Source: an uncultured Methanosarcinales archaeon
Lineage (GTDB): Archaea > Nanobdellota > Nanobdellia > Woesearchaeales > DSVV01
DNA: 51,781 bases
Direction: 5' to 3'
Assembly: GCA_964593285.1 (NCBI GenBank)
Contig: CAZQHZ010000002.1
Location: 16,858-68,638, forward strand
Part shown: in pieces, positions 8,478-17,830 of the stretch
How the letters are laid out: each line of letters begins with the position of its first letter
How positions within the stretch are numbered: position 1 is the stretch's first letter
Notes under the pieces: model-generated
What the model saw: only the letters and a program-made list of their open reading frames with translations
Told to the model about the DNA's origin: nothing
Database searches by the model: none
Program-made: the position numbers and the translations under genes

Positions 8478-8514
8478 ATGATTGTATCATTAGTAAAATA
8501 TAAAAGGTTATAAA

Positions 8515-8898
8515 ATGGCAAAAAAAGAATTTATGTATTGTGGAAAAACTCTTGATGAACTTCAAAAAATAAGTATAGAAGAATTTGCAAAATATGTAGA
8601 TTCAAGAAAAAGAAGAACATTGCTTAGAGGAAATACAGACGAACAGAAAAGGTTTTTTGCTAAATTAAATAAAAAAAAGGATAATATTAAAACACATTGT
8701 AGAGATATTGTTATTGTTCCTTTAATGGTTGGAAAAACAATCTTTGTACATAAAGGAAAAGAATATCAACAATTATTAATTCAACCAGAAATGATTGGTC
8801 ATTGTCTTGGTGAATTTGCATTTACACGAAAAAGGATATTGCATTCATCTCCTGGAGTTGGAGCTACAAAATCAAGTTCAAATGTTTCAGTTAAATAA
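8515..8898 (+). CDS. rps19: 30S ribosomal protein S19 (uS19)
   Basis: The sequence contains the IFVHKGKEY...MIGHCLGEFAFTRK motif and follows operon order. Confidence 0.95.
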   Translation: MAKKEFMYCGKTLDELQKISIEEFAKYVDSRKRRTLLRGNTDEQKRFFAKLNKKKDNIKTHCRDIVIVPLMVGKTIFVHKGKEYQQLLIQPEMIGHCLGEFAFTRKRILHSSPGVGATKSSSNVSVK

Positions 8899-8906
8899 GT
8901 AAAAAA

Positions 8907-9653
8907 ATGGCAAAACACAAATATTCGTTTCAAAAATATGATGAAGAAAGGATGGCTAGAGTTGTAGGTATTTCAATGCCTGCATCAACAAAGCAAAGTA
9001 TTGAAATTTCAGCACATCTTCGAGGAAAAAAATTAAATGTTGCAAAAAAAATATTGACTGATTCAATAGCTTTAATTAAACCAATACCATTTAGAAGATT
9101 TACTGATGGAGTTGGGCATAAAAAAGGCATGAATATACAAGGAAGGTTTGCATGCAAGGCATGTGGTGTTTTTTTAAAACTTTTAAATTCATGCGAATCT
9201 AATGCAAAAAATAAAGGTCTTGATACTGAAAATTTAGTAATTGCACATATTAATGCACATAAAGCATCTCAGCAGTGGCATTATGGAAGAATTAGAAGAA
9301 TTAGGTTTAAAAAAACACATATTGAAATTGTTTTACAAGAAAAAAAGTTAGAGAAAAAACAACAAGGGAAAAAAGAAGACAAAAAGGTAAAAGCAACACA
9401 AGAAGAAAAATCAATAAAAGAAGCAGACAATAAAAAAGAAAATAAAAAAGAAAATAAAAAAGAAAATAAAAAAGAAAATATTCAATTAAATGAAAAAAAT
9501 AAAAATACTCAAAAAACTGCTACGGAAGTTAAAAATACAAAGAATAATGTTAATAAAACTGATAATTTAAATATTCAAAAAGATAAAAATATTAATTCAG
9601 ACGATAATAAAAAGAAAGTTGATGAAGAAAAAAATCAAAAAAATAATGCTTGA
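8907..9653 (+). CDS. rpl22: 50S ribosomal protein L22 (uL22) with a ~100-aa K/N/E-rich C-terminal extension
   Basis: The core ARVVGISMPASTKQSIEISAHLRGKKL ... THIEIVL is followed by a low-complexity tail that includes (KKEN)x4. Confidence 0.92.
   Translation: MAKHKYSFQKYDEERMARVVGISMPASTKQSIEISAHLRGKKLNVAKKILTDSIALIKPIPFRRFTDGVGHKKGMNIQGRFACKACGVFLKLLNSCESNAKNKGLDTENLVIAHINAHKASQQWHYGRIRRIRFKKTHIEIVLQEKKLEKKQQGKKEDKKVKATQEEKSIKEADNKKENKKENKKENKKENIQLNEKNKNTQKTATEVKNTKNNVNKTDNLNIQKDKNINSDDNKKKVDEEKNQKNNA
9429..9480 (+). repeat. 12-nt tandem repeat (aataaaaaagaa, 4 copies plus a partial) inside rpl22
   Basis: The direct tandem repeat was read from the sequence. It encodes NKKENKKENKKENKKEN. 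Confidence 0.9.
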
Positions 9654-9667
9654 GGATTTATAAAAAA

Positions 9668-10447
9668 ATGATTCATAAAAAAATTGTTCAGCAAAAAATA
9701 AAAGAATTTGAAATTCAAAGTTATGTAAAAGATGGTCTTAAAGGAGTTGGTTTGAGTAAAACAAAATTACAAATAACTCCTCTTGGAGAAAAGATTATTG
9801 TTAGTGCATCAAGACCTGGATTAATTGTTGGACGAAAGGGGCAATCAATAAAAAAACTTACAAGTTTATTAAAAAAAAGATTTAATTTAGACAATCCACA
9901 AATTGAAATTGATGAAGTAAAAGATATTCGTCAAGATGCAAATATTGTTGCTGAAAATATTGCTACATATTTGGAAAAATTTGGTGCTGGAAGGTTTAAA
10001 AGTATTGGTCATAAATCTCTTGAAAATTCAATTAATGGTGGAGCACTTGGAATTGAGATTTTAATTTCAGGAAAAGTTCCAAGTTCACGAGCGAAAAGAT
10101 GGAGATTTTATAAAGGATATTTAAAAAAATGCGGGGACGTTGCAATAAATGGTGTTAAAAAAGCATATTATGTTGCAAATTTGAAAACAGGCGCTATTGG
10201 AATTCAAGTAAGAATAATGAGTTCAGATATTAAGCTACCTGATGATGTTCAAATTTTAGATGAACCACAAACTATTATTGAAGAATTAGACAATGATGAA
10301 AATAAAAATAATTCAAAAGAAGAATCTAAAAAAACAGATGATTTAAAAAAAAAAGAACAAAAAAAAACAAAAAAAACTGTGAAAAAATCAAAAAAAAAGG
10401 TCACAAAAAAAGTGTCTAAAAAAGCAGTTTTAGAAAATAAAAAATAA
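9668..10447 (+). CDS. rps3: 30S ribosomal protein S3 (uS3) with a K-rich C-terminal tail
   Basis: A KH domain is present (LIVGRKGQSIKKLT). The ATG at 9668 is preferred over the TTG at 9650. The tail is KKKEQKKTKKTVKKSKKKVTKKVSKK. Confidence 0.93.
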   Translation: MIHKKIVQQKIKEFEIQSYVKDGLKGVGLSKTKLQITPLGEKIIVSASRPGLIVGRKGQSIKKLTSLLKKRFNLDNPQIEIDEVKDIRQDANIVAENIATYLEKFGAGRFKSIGHKSLENSINGGALGIEILISGKVPSSRAKRWRFYKGYLKKCGDVAINGVKKAYYVANLKTGAIGIQVRIMSSDIKLPDDVQILDEPQTIIEELDNDENKNNSKEESKKTDDLKKKEQKKTKKTVKKSKKKVTKKVSKKAVLENKK

Positions 10448-10453
10448 ATTAAA

Positions 10454-10657
10454 ATGAAAATAAATGATATTCGGGCTTTATCAGATAAAGACTTAAAATT
10501 AAAATTAGATGAACTTTCGTTAGAATTAGTTAAATTGAATTCCCAAGCAGCAACAAAAACACAAATGAAAAGTCCTGGGAAAATCAAGCAACTAAAATTA
10601 GTAAGATCACGGTTATTGACTGTGTTCAAGGAGAGGGGAGTTTTAAAGCATGAGTGA
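10454..10657 (+). CDS. rpl29: 50S ribosomal protein L29 (uL29)
   Basis: The sequence contains IRALSDKDLKLKLDELSLELVKL and follows operon order. Confidence 0.92.
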   Translation: MKINDIRALSDKDLKLKLDELSLELVKLNSQAATKTQMKSPGKIKQLKLVRSRLLTVFKERGVLKHE

Positions 10658-10988
10658 AATATGCACAACTTGTGGACTACCAAAAGAGCTTTGTGTTTGT
10701 GAAGAAATCGCAAAAGAAGCTCAAAAAATTGAAGTTTATAATATAAAAAAAAAATTTGGTAAGGTATATACAGTAATTGAAGGAATGAATTCAAAAGAAA
10801 TAGATATTAAAGATATGACTAAAAAATTAAAAAACAAATTTGCGTGTGGTGGAACTGTAAAGGATGGAAAAATTGAATTGCAGGGAAATCATAAACAAAA
10901 TGTCCGAGAGACATTAGTAAATTTTGGTTTTGCACCAGAATCAATTAATATACAAGAAGACAAATTCAAAAAATCATTTAGAAGATGA
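10650..10988 (+). CDS. sui1: Translation initiation factor aSUI1/eIF1
   Basis: The sequence contains CTTCGLPKELCVCEEIAKE and KFACGGTV. It occupies the L29-SUI1-Rpp29-S17 position known from methanogens. Confidence 0.9.
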   Translation: MSEICTTCGLPKELCVCEEIAKEAQKIEVYNIKKKFGKVYTVIEGMNSKEIDIKDMTKKLKNKFACGGTVKDGKIELQGNHKQNVRETLVNFGFAPESINIQEDKFKKSFRR

Positions 10989-11230
10989 ATTATTTAAAAA
11001 AAGAATATATTGGAAAAAAAGTAAAAATAGAAAATTCAAAAAATAAAAATTACATGGGCATTAATGGAATTGTGATTGATGAAACAAAAAACACTTTCAA
11101 AATAAAAGAAAACAATAAAAAAAGAATTATTTTAAAAAAAGGTACGGAATTTATGTTTGTTGATAATAAGATAAAAATTGATGGTTTAAAAATTTTAAAA
11201 AAACCACAAGATAGAATTAAAATTAGGTGA
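10985..11230 (+). CDS. rnp1: RNase P protein component 1 (Rpp29/Pop4)
   Basis: The sequence contains IGKKVKIENSKNKNYMGINGIVIDETKNTFKIK. It sits in the conserved position before S17. Confidence 0.85.
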   Translation: MNYLKKEYIGKKVKIENSKNKNYMGINGIVIDETKNTFKIKENNKKRIILKKGTEFMFVDNKIKIDGLKILKKPQDRIKIR

Positions 11231-11236
11231 ATTATA

Positions 11237-11575
11237 TTGATTAAAAAAACAAAAAACATTGGGGTTTTAATAAATGCTCCAAAAGAAGAATGTGTTAAAG
11301 ATACCCATTGTCCATTTCATGGACAACAAAATGTTAGAGGTAGATGTTTTGTTGGAAAAGTAATTAAATCAAAAATTCCAAAATGTGTAACTGTTGAATG
11401 GACAGGACAAGCTTATGATAAAAAATATGAAAGATATTATAAAACTAGAACTAAAGTTAAAGCACACAACCCTGTTTGTATATCTGCAAAAGAAGGGGAT
11501 ATTGTAAAAATTATGGAAACTAGAAAAATTAGCAAAACTAAGTGTTTTGTTGTTATTGAAAAATTAGGTGTATAA
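11237..11575 (+). CDS. rps17: 30S ribosomal protein S17 (uS17)
   Basis: The sequence contains CPFHGQQNVRGRCFVGKVIKSKIPKCVTVEW. The start is TTG, 6 nt after AGGTGA. Confidence 0.92.
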   Translation: MIKKTKNIGVLINAPKEECVKDTHCPFHGQQNVRGRCFVGKVIKSKIPKCVTVEWTGQAYDKKYERYYKTRTKVKAHNPVCISAKEGDIVKIMETRKISKTKCFVVIEKLGV

Positions 11576-11577
11576 AT

Positions 11578-11979
11578 ATGCAATCTGTCAAATCAAGTGT
11601 TACAAAAAGTCTCCCAGTTGGAAGTATGGTTGATGTTTGTGATAATAGTGGTGCTAAAGTTATTAAAATTACTAATGTAAGAAAAGTAAATACAGTAAAG
11701 GGAAAACTTGCTAGTGCTGGTGTTGGAGATTTGATTATGGGCAGTGTAAAAAAAGGCAAGCCAGATATGAAAAAAAAAGTAGTACTTGCTGTTGTTGTAA
11801 GACAAAAAAAAGAATATAGAAGGGTTAATGGTAAAAGAATTAAGTTTGAAGATAATGCAGTTGTTGTTGTAAAAGACGATAAAGGAAATCCACAAGGAAC
11901 AGCAATTAAAGGTGTTGTTTCAAAAGAATCTACAGTAAGGTGGCCTGCAATTTCAAAACTTGCAAATATTGTTGTATAA
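11578..11979 (+). CDS. rpl14: 50S ribosomal protein L14 (uL14)
   Basis: The sequence contains VCDNSGAKVIKI and FEDNAVVVV. Confidence 0.95.
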   Translation: MQSVKSSVTKSLPVGSMVDVCDNSGAKVIKITNVRKVNTVKGKLASAGVGDLIMGSVKKGKPDMKKKVVLAVVVRQKKEYRRVNGKRIKFEDNAVVVVKDDKGNPQGTAIKGVVSKESTVRWPAISKLANIVV

Positions 11980-12008
11980 AAATAAATAAAAGTGAATGGT
12001 TATAAAAA

Positions 12009-12569
12009 ATGAAATCAAATTTTTCAAAAGATTGGATAAGTTCAAAGAAAGCAAATAAGCAAAGAAAATATCTTTATAATGCTTCAATACATATTAGAGG
12101 AAAGATTTTATCTTCAATGCTTTCAAAAGAGCTTAAGAAAAAATATAATAAAAATTCAATTAGGCCTAGAAAAAATGATAAGGTTAAAATCATGAGAGGT
12201 CAGTTTAAAGGAAAAACTGGAAAAATTGAAAAAGTTGATATTAAAAATTATAAATTAATTGTTGATTGTTGTGAAATAATAAAAAAAGATGGTACAAAAA
12301 CAATTTATCCAATTCATTATTCAAATGTAATGATTACTGAACTTTATTTAGATGATAAAAAAAGATTTAGTAAAATTAATTCCTTTAGAAAAGATGCAAA
12401 AAAAGAAGATAAATTTGAAAAAAAAGATGAAAAAAAGACAGAACAAAAAACAGTTGAAAAAATAAAAGAAACAAAAGAAAGAAAAGACACAAAAGAAATA
12501 AAAGAAACAAAAGAAAATAATTCATCAAATGAAAATGATAAAAAAACTGAAAATACTAAAAAAAAATAA
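12009..12569 (+). CDS. rpl24: 50S ribosomal protein L24 (uL24) with a K/E-rich C-terminal extension
   Basis: The KOW core is KNDKVKIMRGQFKGKTGKIEKVD. The tail is KKEDKFEKKDEKKTEQK and onward. Confidence 0.92.
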   Translation: MKSNFSKDWISSKKANKQRKYLYNASIHIRGKILSSMLSKELKKKYNKNSIRPRKNDKVKIMRGQFKGKTGKIEKVDIKNYKLIVDCCEIIKKDGTKTIYPIHYSNVMITELYLDDKKRFSKINSFRKDAKKEDKFEKKDEKKTEQKTVEKIKETKERKDTKEIKETKENNSSNENDKKTENTKKK

Positions 12570-12631
12570 TTTGAATAAAAATTTGAAATTAGATATATGA
12601 TATAAAAAAACATTTAGGTGTAATAAAAAAA

Positions 12632-13333
12632 ATGGTTAAAAATCACATTAAAAGAATAGCAGCACCAAGTACTTGGAATATTAAAAGAAAAACTACTAAA
12701 TTTATTATAAAACCAAGACAATGTGGGTTTTCTTTTAAGTTATCAATTCCTTTATTGGTTTTGTTTAGAGATTATCTTAAAAAAGTAAAAACAGCAAAGG
12801 AGTTAAAATATGTTTTAACTAATAAAGAAGTTTTATTAAATGGGAAAAAAATTAAATCATATAAGGCGTCTGTTGGTCTTATGGATGTTGTTTCAATTCC
12901 AGAAACTAGTTCGTATTATAGAATTTTATTAAGTACAAAAGGAAAATTATTTGCTTTTGAAACTACTTTAGATGATTCAAAATTATTGCCTTTATGGATA
13001 AAAAATAAAACTGTTGTTAAAGGTGGCAAAATTCAACTTAATTTTTCAAATGGTTTTGTTTTAAATGTTGATAAAGATGAATATAAAACTGGTGATGTTA
13101 TTTTATATGATTATTTAGCTAAAAAAATAGTTGATAAATTTTCATTACAAAAAGATGCTTTTGTGTTTTTTATAAGTGGAAAACATAAAGGGGAGTCTGC
13201 AATTGTCAAAGAGGTTAATGAAGAAAATTTTGTTTTTAAATTAGGTGAAGAAATAGTAAATGTAGATAAAAAAAATTCAAAATTAAATGCATTTGTATTA
13301 GGCAAAAAAAAATCTTCAATAAAAATTAATTGA
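12632..13333 (+). CDS. rps4e: 30S ribosomal protein S4e (eS4)
   Basis: The sequence contains HIKRIAAPSTWNIKRK and follows operon order. Confidence 0.93.
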   Translation: MVKNHIKRIAAPSTWNIKRKTTKFIIKPRQCGFSFKLSIPLLVLFRDYLKKVKTAKELKYVLTNKEVLLNGKKIKSYKASVGLMDVVSIPETSSYYRILLSTKGKLFAFETTLDDSKLLPLWIKNKTVVKGGKIQLNFSNGFVLNVDKDEYKTGDVILYDYLAKKIVDKFSLQKDAFVFFISGKHKGESAIVKEVNEENFVFKLGEEIVNVDKKNSKLNAFVLGKKKSSIKIN

Positions 13334-13338
13334 TTAAA

Positions 13339-13851
13339 ATGGTAAATAAAATGAAAGAAATCAGAATTGAAAAGCTTACATTAAATGTAGGTGCAGGGAA
13401 AGATTCTGATAAGCTTGAAAAAGGAATTAAACTTATTGAATATATTACAGGGCTAAAACCTGTTTCAACAAAAACTTATAAAAGAATTCCTACATGGGGA
13501 CTAAGACCTGGTCTTCCAATTGGTTGTAAAATAACAATAAGAAACGATAATAAAAAAAATTTAATAAAAAAGTTTATAGAAGCAATAGATAATAAGATAA
13601 AAAGAAATAATTTTGACAATAATGGTAATATTTCCTTTGGAATACATGAATATATAAATATTCCTGGAATTAAATATAATCCGGATATTGGAATTATGGG
13701 TTTTCAGATTTCAATAACACTTTCAAGACCTGGATATAGAATTTTAAAAAGAAGACTAAAAAGTAAAAAAATTCCAATAAAACATAGAATTAGTAAAGAT
13801 GAAGCAATTGAATTCATGAAAAAAGAATTTAATGTGGAGATTGTTGATTAA
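13339..13851 (+). CDS. rpl5: 50S ribosomal protein L5 (uL5)
   Basis: The sequence contains [18 protein letters not shown]. The start is ambiguous among 13330 TTG, 13339 ATG and 13351 ATG. Confidence 0.92.
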   Translation: MVNKMKEIRIEKLTLNVGAGKDSDKLEKGIKLIEYITGLKPVSTKTYKRIPTWGLRPGLPIGCKITIRNDNKKNLIKKFIEAIDNKIKRNNFDNNGNISFGIHEYINIPGIKYNPDIGIMGFQISITLSRPGYRILKRRLKSKKIPIKHRISKDEAIEFMKKEFNVEIVD

Positions 13852-13852
13852 A

Positions 13853-14083
13853 ATGACTTATAGTGATTATAAAAAAGAGTTTAAATGTTTAAAAACAAAA
13901 CCGCATAAGCTTGCTAAATATAAAAAACATAATGCACCAAATAAAAGAAGCACTGGTGTATCCCTTAAAAGATGTAGGCGATGTGGAAGAATTAGGGGCC
14001 ATATTAGCAAATATGGTTTAAATTATTGTAGGCAATGTTTTAGAGAAATTGCAACAAAACTTGGTTTTAAAAAATATTATTAG
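13853..14083 (+). CDS. rps14: 30S ribosomal protein S14 (uS14), zinc-binding type
   Basis: The sequence contains the [25 protein letters not shown] CxxC...CxxC motif. The ATG at 13853 lies just after the L5 stop. Confidence 0.92.
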   Translation: MTYSDYKKEFKCLKTKPHKLAKYKKHNAPNKRSTGVSLKRCRRCGRIRGHISKYGLNYCRQCFREIATKLGFKKYY

Positions 14084-14104
14084 AAATGAAACGGTGATTA
14101 AAAA

Positions 14105-14497
14105 ATGACATTAAATAATCCTTTGGCATCAGCATTATCACATACTTTAAATTGTGATAAAATTGGAAGAAGTGAAGTATTAATTAAACCTATTTCAACA
14201 ACAATAAAAAATGTTTATAAAATTTTAAACGAAGAATTATATGTTGGTAGTTTTGATATTGTTGAAGATGGTAGAGGAGATATGTTGAAAGTTAATTTAA
14301 TTGGTAAGATAAATAAATGTGGTGTTGTCTCACCTAAATTTGCAGTAAAAAAAGATAATTTTGAAAAATTTGAAAAAAGATATTTACCTGCATCTGATTT
14401 TGGAATACTAATCGTATCAACTTCAAAAGGAATTATGATTCATAAAAAAGCTAAAGAACTAGGAATTGGGGGTAAGCTTATTGCTTATTGTTATTAA
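14105..14497 (+). CDS. rps8: 30S ribosomal protein S8 (uS8)
   Basis: The sequence contains NPLASALSHTLNCDKIG and ILIVSTSKGIM. Confidence 0.94.
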   Translation: MTLNNPLASALSHTLNCDKIGRSEVLIKPISTTIKNVYKILNEELYVGSFDIVEDGRGDMLKVNLIGKINKCGVVSPKFAVKKDNFEKFEKRYLPASDFGILIVSTSKGIMIHKKAKELGIGGKLIAYCY

Positions 14498-14499
14498 AA

Positions 14500-15048
14500 A
14501 TGAAAATTTTGGATTTTAGAGAAGAAATTGAATTGCCAGAAGGTATTGTTGCAGTTAAAGATGGTAACATGTTAACTGTAAAAACTGAAAAAAACGAAAT
14601 TCAAAAAAAATTTGTTTCCCCTATTTTAGATTTAAAAGTAGAAAATAATAAGATTGTTTTAACAACTAATAAGTTGACAAAAAAAGAAAAGGCATTGGTT
14701 GGAACATTTAGAGCACATATAAATAATATGATAAAAGGTCTTTTAGAAGGACACCATTATAAACTTAAAATTTGTTCAGGACATTTTCCAATGAATGTGT
14801 CATATAATAACAATGTTTTATCAATAAAAAATTTTATTGGAGAAAAAATTCCAAGAACTTTGACTGTAAATGAAAAAGTTAATTTAAAACTTGATGGTGA
14901 TTTTATAACTATAGAATCTGTTGATAAAGAATTAGCAGGTCAAACAGCAGGTTCAATTGAAAAATTGACAAAAAGAACAAAATTTGATAAACGAATATTT
15001 CAGGATGGTATTTATATCGTTGAAAAAAATGATAAAAAAATAGAGTGA
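14500..15048 (+). CDS. rpl6: 50S ribosomal protein L6 (uL6)
   Basis: The sequence contains GTFRAHINNMIKGLLEGHHYKLKI. The ATG at 14500 is preferred over the TTG at 14488. Confidence 0.93.
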   Translation: MKILDFREEIELPEGIVAVKDGNMLTVKTEKNEIQKKFVSPILDLKVENNKIVLTTNKLTKKEKALVGTFRAHINNMIKGLLEGHHYKLKICSGHFPMNVSYNNNVLSIKNFIGEKIPRTLTVNEKVNLKLDGDFITIESVDKELAGQTAGSIEKLTKRTKFDKRIFQDGIYIVEKNDKKIE

Positions 15049-15053
15049 TAATA

Positions 15054-15692
15054 ATGAATAAAGCTGTTGAAATTAGAAATGCATTGAAAAAGAAAAAGCC
15101 AAATTTTAGAAGGCAAGACTCTCATAAAAAAAGTAAACTTTCATCTTCTTGGAGAAAACCAAAGGGCTCAGATAGTAAGATGCGAGTTAGTAAAAGAGGA
15201 TATTGTAGATCTGTTTCAAAAGGCTATAAATCACCTAAATTAGCAAGGGGCCTTACTAGAGATGGTTATAAAATTGTTAATGTTTTTAAAATTAAAGATT
15301 TAGAAAATGTTGATAATAAAATTTGTGCAATCAATATTTCATCAACAGTTGGATTAAGAAAAAAAATTGATATTTTAAAAGAAGCATTGAAGTTAAAACT
15401 AAGTGTATTAAATTATAAAAATGCAGAAGAAAAACTTTCAAGTTTTGAAGAATTAATTATTCAAAATAAAGAAATTAAAAATAAATTATCTAAAGAAAAA
15501 GAAATTAAACAAAAAGAAAAAGAAAAAGTTGCTGTAAAAAAGGAAGAAGAAAAAAAACAAAAAGAAAATGAAGAAAAACCACAAGGTAATAAGAAGTCAT
15601 TAGATGATATAGCAAAAGACGAAAAAGAAAAAAAACAAGAAGAGAAAAAAGAAAAAGATAAGTTATTGATTAATAAAGATAAAAATATTTAA
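15054..15692 (+). CDS. rpl32e: 50S ribosomal protein L32e (eL32) with a K/E-rich C-terminal extension
   Basis: The sequence contains KPNFRRQDSHKK and WRKPKGSDSKMR. The ATG at 15054 is preferred over the GTG at 15045. Confidence 0.92.
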   Translation: MNKAVEIRNALKKKKPNFRRQDSHKKSKLSSSWRKPKGSDSKMRVSKRGYCRSVSKGYKSPKLARGLTRDGYKIVNVFKIKDLENVDNKICAINISSTVGLRKKIDILKEALKLKLSVLNYKNAEEKLSSFEELIIQNKEIKNKLSKEKEIKQKEKEKVAVKKEEEKKQKENEEKPQGNKKSLDDIAKDEKEKKQEEKKEKDKLLINKDKNI

Positions 15693-15704
15693 GGTGTTAT
15701 GTAA

Positions 15705-16163
15705 ATGAAAAATCTTGATTTTCAAAAAAGAATTGCATCATCCGTTTTGAAATGTTCAAAAAAACGTGTTGTTTTTGATGTTGATGAACTTGAAAGCATT
15801 AAAGAAGCTATCACTAGATCAGATATTAAGTCATTGATTAGTGAAGCTGTTGTTGTAAAAAAACAAAAAAAAGGTGTTAGTCGGGTTCGTGCTAATTTTA
15901 TAAAAAGGCAAAAAGCAAAGGGGCAGCGAAAAGGACATGGTAGTAGAAAAGGAAAAGCTACCGCAAGAACACCTAAAAAAGAGACATGGATGGCTAAAAT
16001 ACGTTTACAGAGAAAATTTATAAAATCATTAAAAGATTTACAATTAATTGATAATTTAGTTTATAGGCAACTTTATTTAAAGTGTAAAGGTGGTTTTTTT
16101 AGAAGTAAAAGACACATAAAATTATATTTAAATGAGCATAATTTATTTTTAAAAAAAGAATAA
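15705..16163 (+). CDS. rpl19e: 50S ribosomal protein L19e (eL19)
   Basis: The sequence contains LDFQKRIASSVLKCSKKRVVFD and GHGSRKGKATAR. Confidence 0.93.
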   Translation: MKNLDFQKRIASSVLKCSKKRVVFDVDELESIKEAITRSDIKSLISEAVVVKKQKKGVSRVRANFIKRQKAKGQRKGHGSRKGKATARTPKKETWMAKIRLQRKFIKSLKDLQLIDNLVYRQLYLKCKGGFFRSKRHIKLYLNEHNLFLKKE

Positions 16164-16176
16164 GTAGGTTAATAAA

Positions 16177-16758
16177 ATGGTTAATAATAAAATAAAACGT
16201 AAAGATTATCGAAGAAAAAGAGAAGGCAAAACAAACTATAAACAAAGATTAACTTATCTTGTTTCACGGAAATTACGTTTTGTTATTAGAAAAACCAATA
16301 AACAGTTTATTGTTCAATTAGTTGATTATAAAACAGATGGAGATAAAATTATTTTTTCAGTTTCATCAGTTAATTTAAAAAAATATGGTTGGAATTTTTC
16401 AAAAAAATCGATTCCTGCAGCATATTTAACTGGTTTACTTGCTGGAAAAATGGCATTATCTAAAAAACATGATAAAGCAATAATTGACATTGGTATGCAA
16501 TCTAAATCGCATGGGAATAGTTTATTTTCAGTTATTAAAGGTATTGTTGATTCAGGAGTTAGTGTTCCATATTCAGAAAAATGCTTTCCAAAAGAAGAAA
16601 GAATAAAAGGAGAACATATTGTTTCTTTTAGTGAAACTGTTAAAAAAGATAAAGACAAATATTCAAATGTTTTTTTAAATTATGATAAAAATAGCTTAAA
16701 AGTAGAAGATTTATCAAAAATCTTTGAAGATGTTAAACAAAAAATTATGAATTTATAA
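16177..16758 (+). CDS. rpl18: 50S ribosomal protein L18 (uL18)
   Basis: The sequence contains RRKREGKTNYKQRL and LRFVIRKTNKQFIVQL. Confidence 0.93.
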   Translation: MVNNKIKRKDYRRKREGKTNYKQRLTYLVSRKLRFVIRKTNKQFIVQLVDYKTDGDKIIFSVSSVNLKKYGWNFSKKSIPAAYLTGLLAGKMALSKKHDKAIIDIGMQSKSHGNSLFSVIKGIVDSGVSVPYSEKCFPKEERIKGEHIVSFSETVKKDKDKYSNVFLNYDKNSLKVEDLSKIFEDVKQKIMNL

Positions 16759-16779
16759 TTATAAAAGGAGTTATAAAAA

Positions 16780-17829
16780 ATGGTTAAGAATAAAGAAGAA
16801 TCAATTGAGCAAGAAAAAATAAATGATGAAAATCTAGAAAAGATTGATTTGGATACTAGTCAAGAAGAAAATCAAGGACAAAAATCAAAAAAAACTAATT
16901 TAGCAGAAATTAAAGATGATAATCAAGAAGAAATAAATGAAAAAAGAGAAAATAAAGGAGAAAATAAAGAAGAAAAAGAAAATGAAGTAGACGACGATAC
17001 AATTGAAGATATAGATGAAATTGTAAAAGTTGTAAGTGAAGAAGATAAGACTGAAAGTGAAGATGATGATGTTAAAGAAGTTGAAGAAATTGAAAATGTA
17101 AAAAAAATTAAAGCAAAAGAAGTATCAGATGCATGGACTCCTAAAACACAAATGGGACTGAAAGTTAAATTAGGAGAGATTGTGGATATTGATAGTATAT
17201 TAGATTCAGGTATTAAATTACTTGAACCTGAAATTACAGATATGCTTTTGCCTAATATGGATATTGAATTACTTGCAATTGGTCAGTCAAAAGGAAAATT
17301 TGGTGGAGGTCAGCGAAGAGTTTTTAGACAAACTCAAAAAAAGACTAAAGAAGGAAATAAACCTCAATTTTCAACTTTTGCGGTTTGTGGTAATTATGAT
17401 GGTTATTTTGGTTTTGGGTATGGTAAAGCTAAAGAAACAGTACCTGCAAGAGAAAAAGCATTTAGACAATGTAAATTAAATTTAATAAAAATACGTAGAG
17501 CATGCTCTTCATGGGAGTGTAACTGTGGTATGCCACATACTATTCCATATAAAGTTGATGGAAAATGTGGTTCTGTAAAAATTGTTTTGATTCCTGCACC
17601 AAAAGGAACTGGTATTTGTGCTGAAAAAGAAATTGCAAAAATTTTAAAATTAGCTGGAATTAAAGATATTTGGTCTAAAACAATTGGTTATAAATCAAGT
17701 ACTAAATTAAATCATATTTATGCATGCATTGATGCATTATCAAAATTAACAAAAATGAAAGTTAATGAAATTGATAAAAAAAGATTAAATATTGTTGAAG
17801 GAAAAATAAAAAAAACTGTAGAGATCTAA
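16780..17829 (+). CDS. rps5: 30S ribosomal protein S5 (uS5) with a ~115-aa acidic N-terminal extension
   Basis: The core FAVCGNYDGYFGFGYGKAKE ... GTGICAEKEIAKILKLAGIKD is preceded by an E/D/K-rich low-complexity region. Confidence 0.92.
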   Translation: MVKNKEESIEQEKINDENLEKIDLDTSQEENQGQKSKKTNLAEIKDDNQEEINEKRENKGENKEEKENEVDDDTIEDIDEIVKVVSEEDKTESEDDDVKEVEEIENVKKIKAKEVSDAWTPKTQMGLKVKLGEIVDIDSILDSGIKLLEPEITDMLLPNMDIELLAIGQSKGKFGGGQRRVFRQTQKKTKEGNKPQFSTFAVCGNYDGYFGFGYGKAKETVPAREKAFRQCKLNLIKIRRACSSWECNCGMPHTIPYKVDGKCGSVKIVLIPAPKGTGICAEKEIAKILKLAGIKDIWSKTIGYKSSTKLNHIYACIDALSKLTKMKVNEIDKKRLNIVEGKIKKTVEI

Positions 17830-17830
17830 G

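Noticed and set aside
9650-9667. Upstream TTG/GTG starts proposed by the ORF track for rps3, rpl5, rpl6, rpl32e, secY, SBDS, rrp4, the phosphoesterase, taw3, chorismate mutase and the KaiC-like gene.
   Set aside because: In each case a downstream ATG is better placed relative to an AGGTGA-like motif or to the upstream stop, and it matches the conserved N-terminus of the family. The TTG start was kept only for rps17 and the GTG start for the S74-domain gene, where no ATG alternative exists and AGGTGA sits 6 nt upstream.
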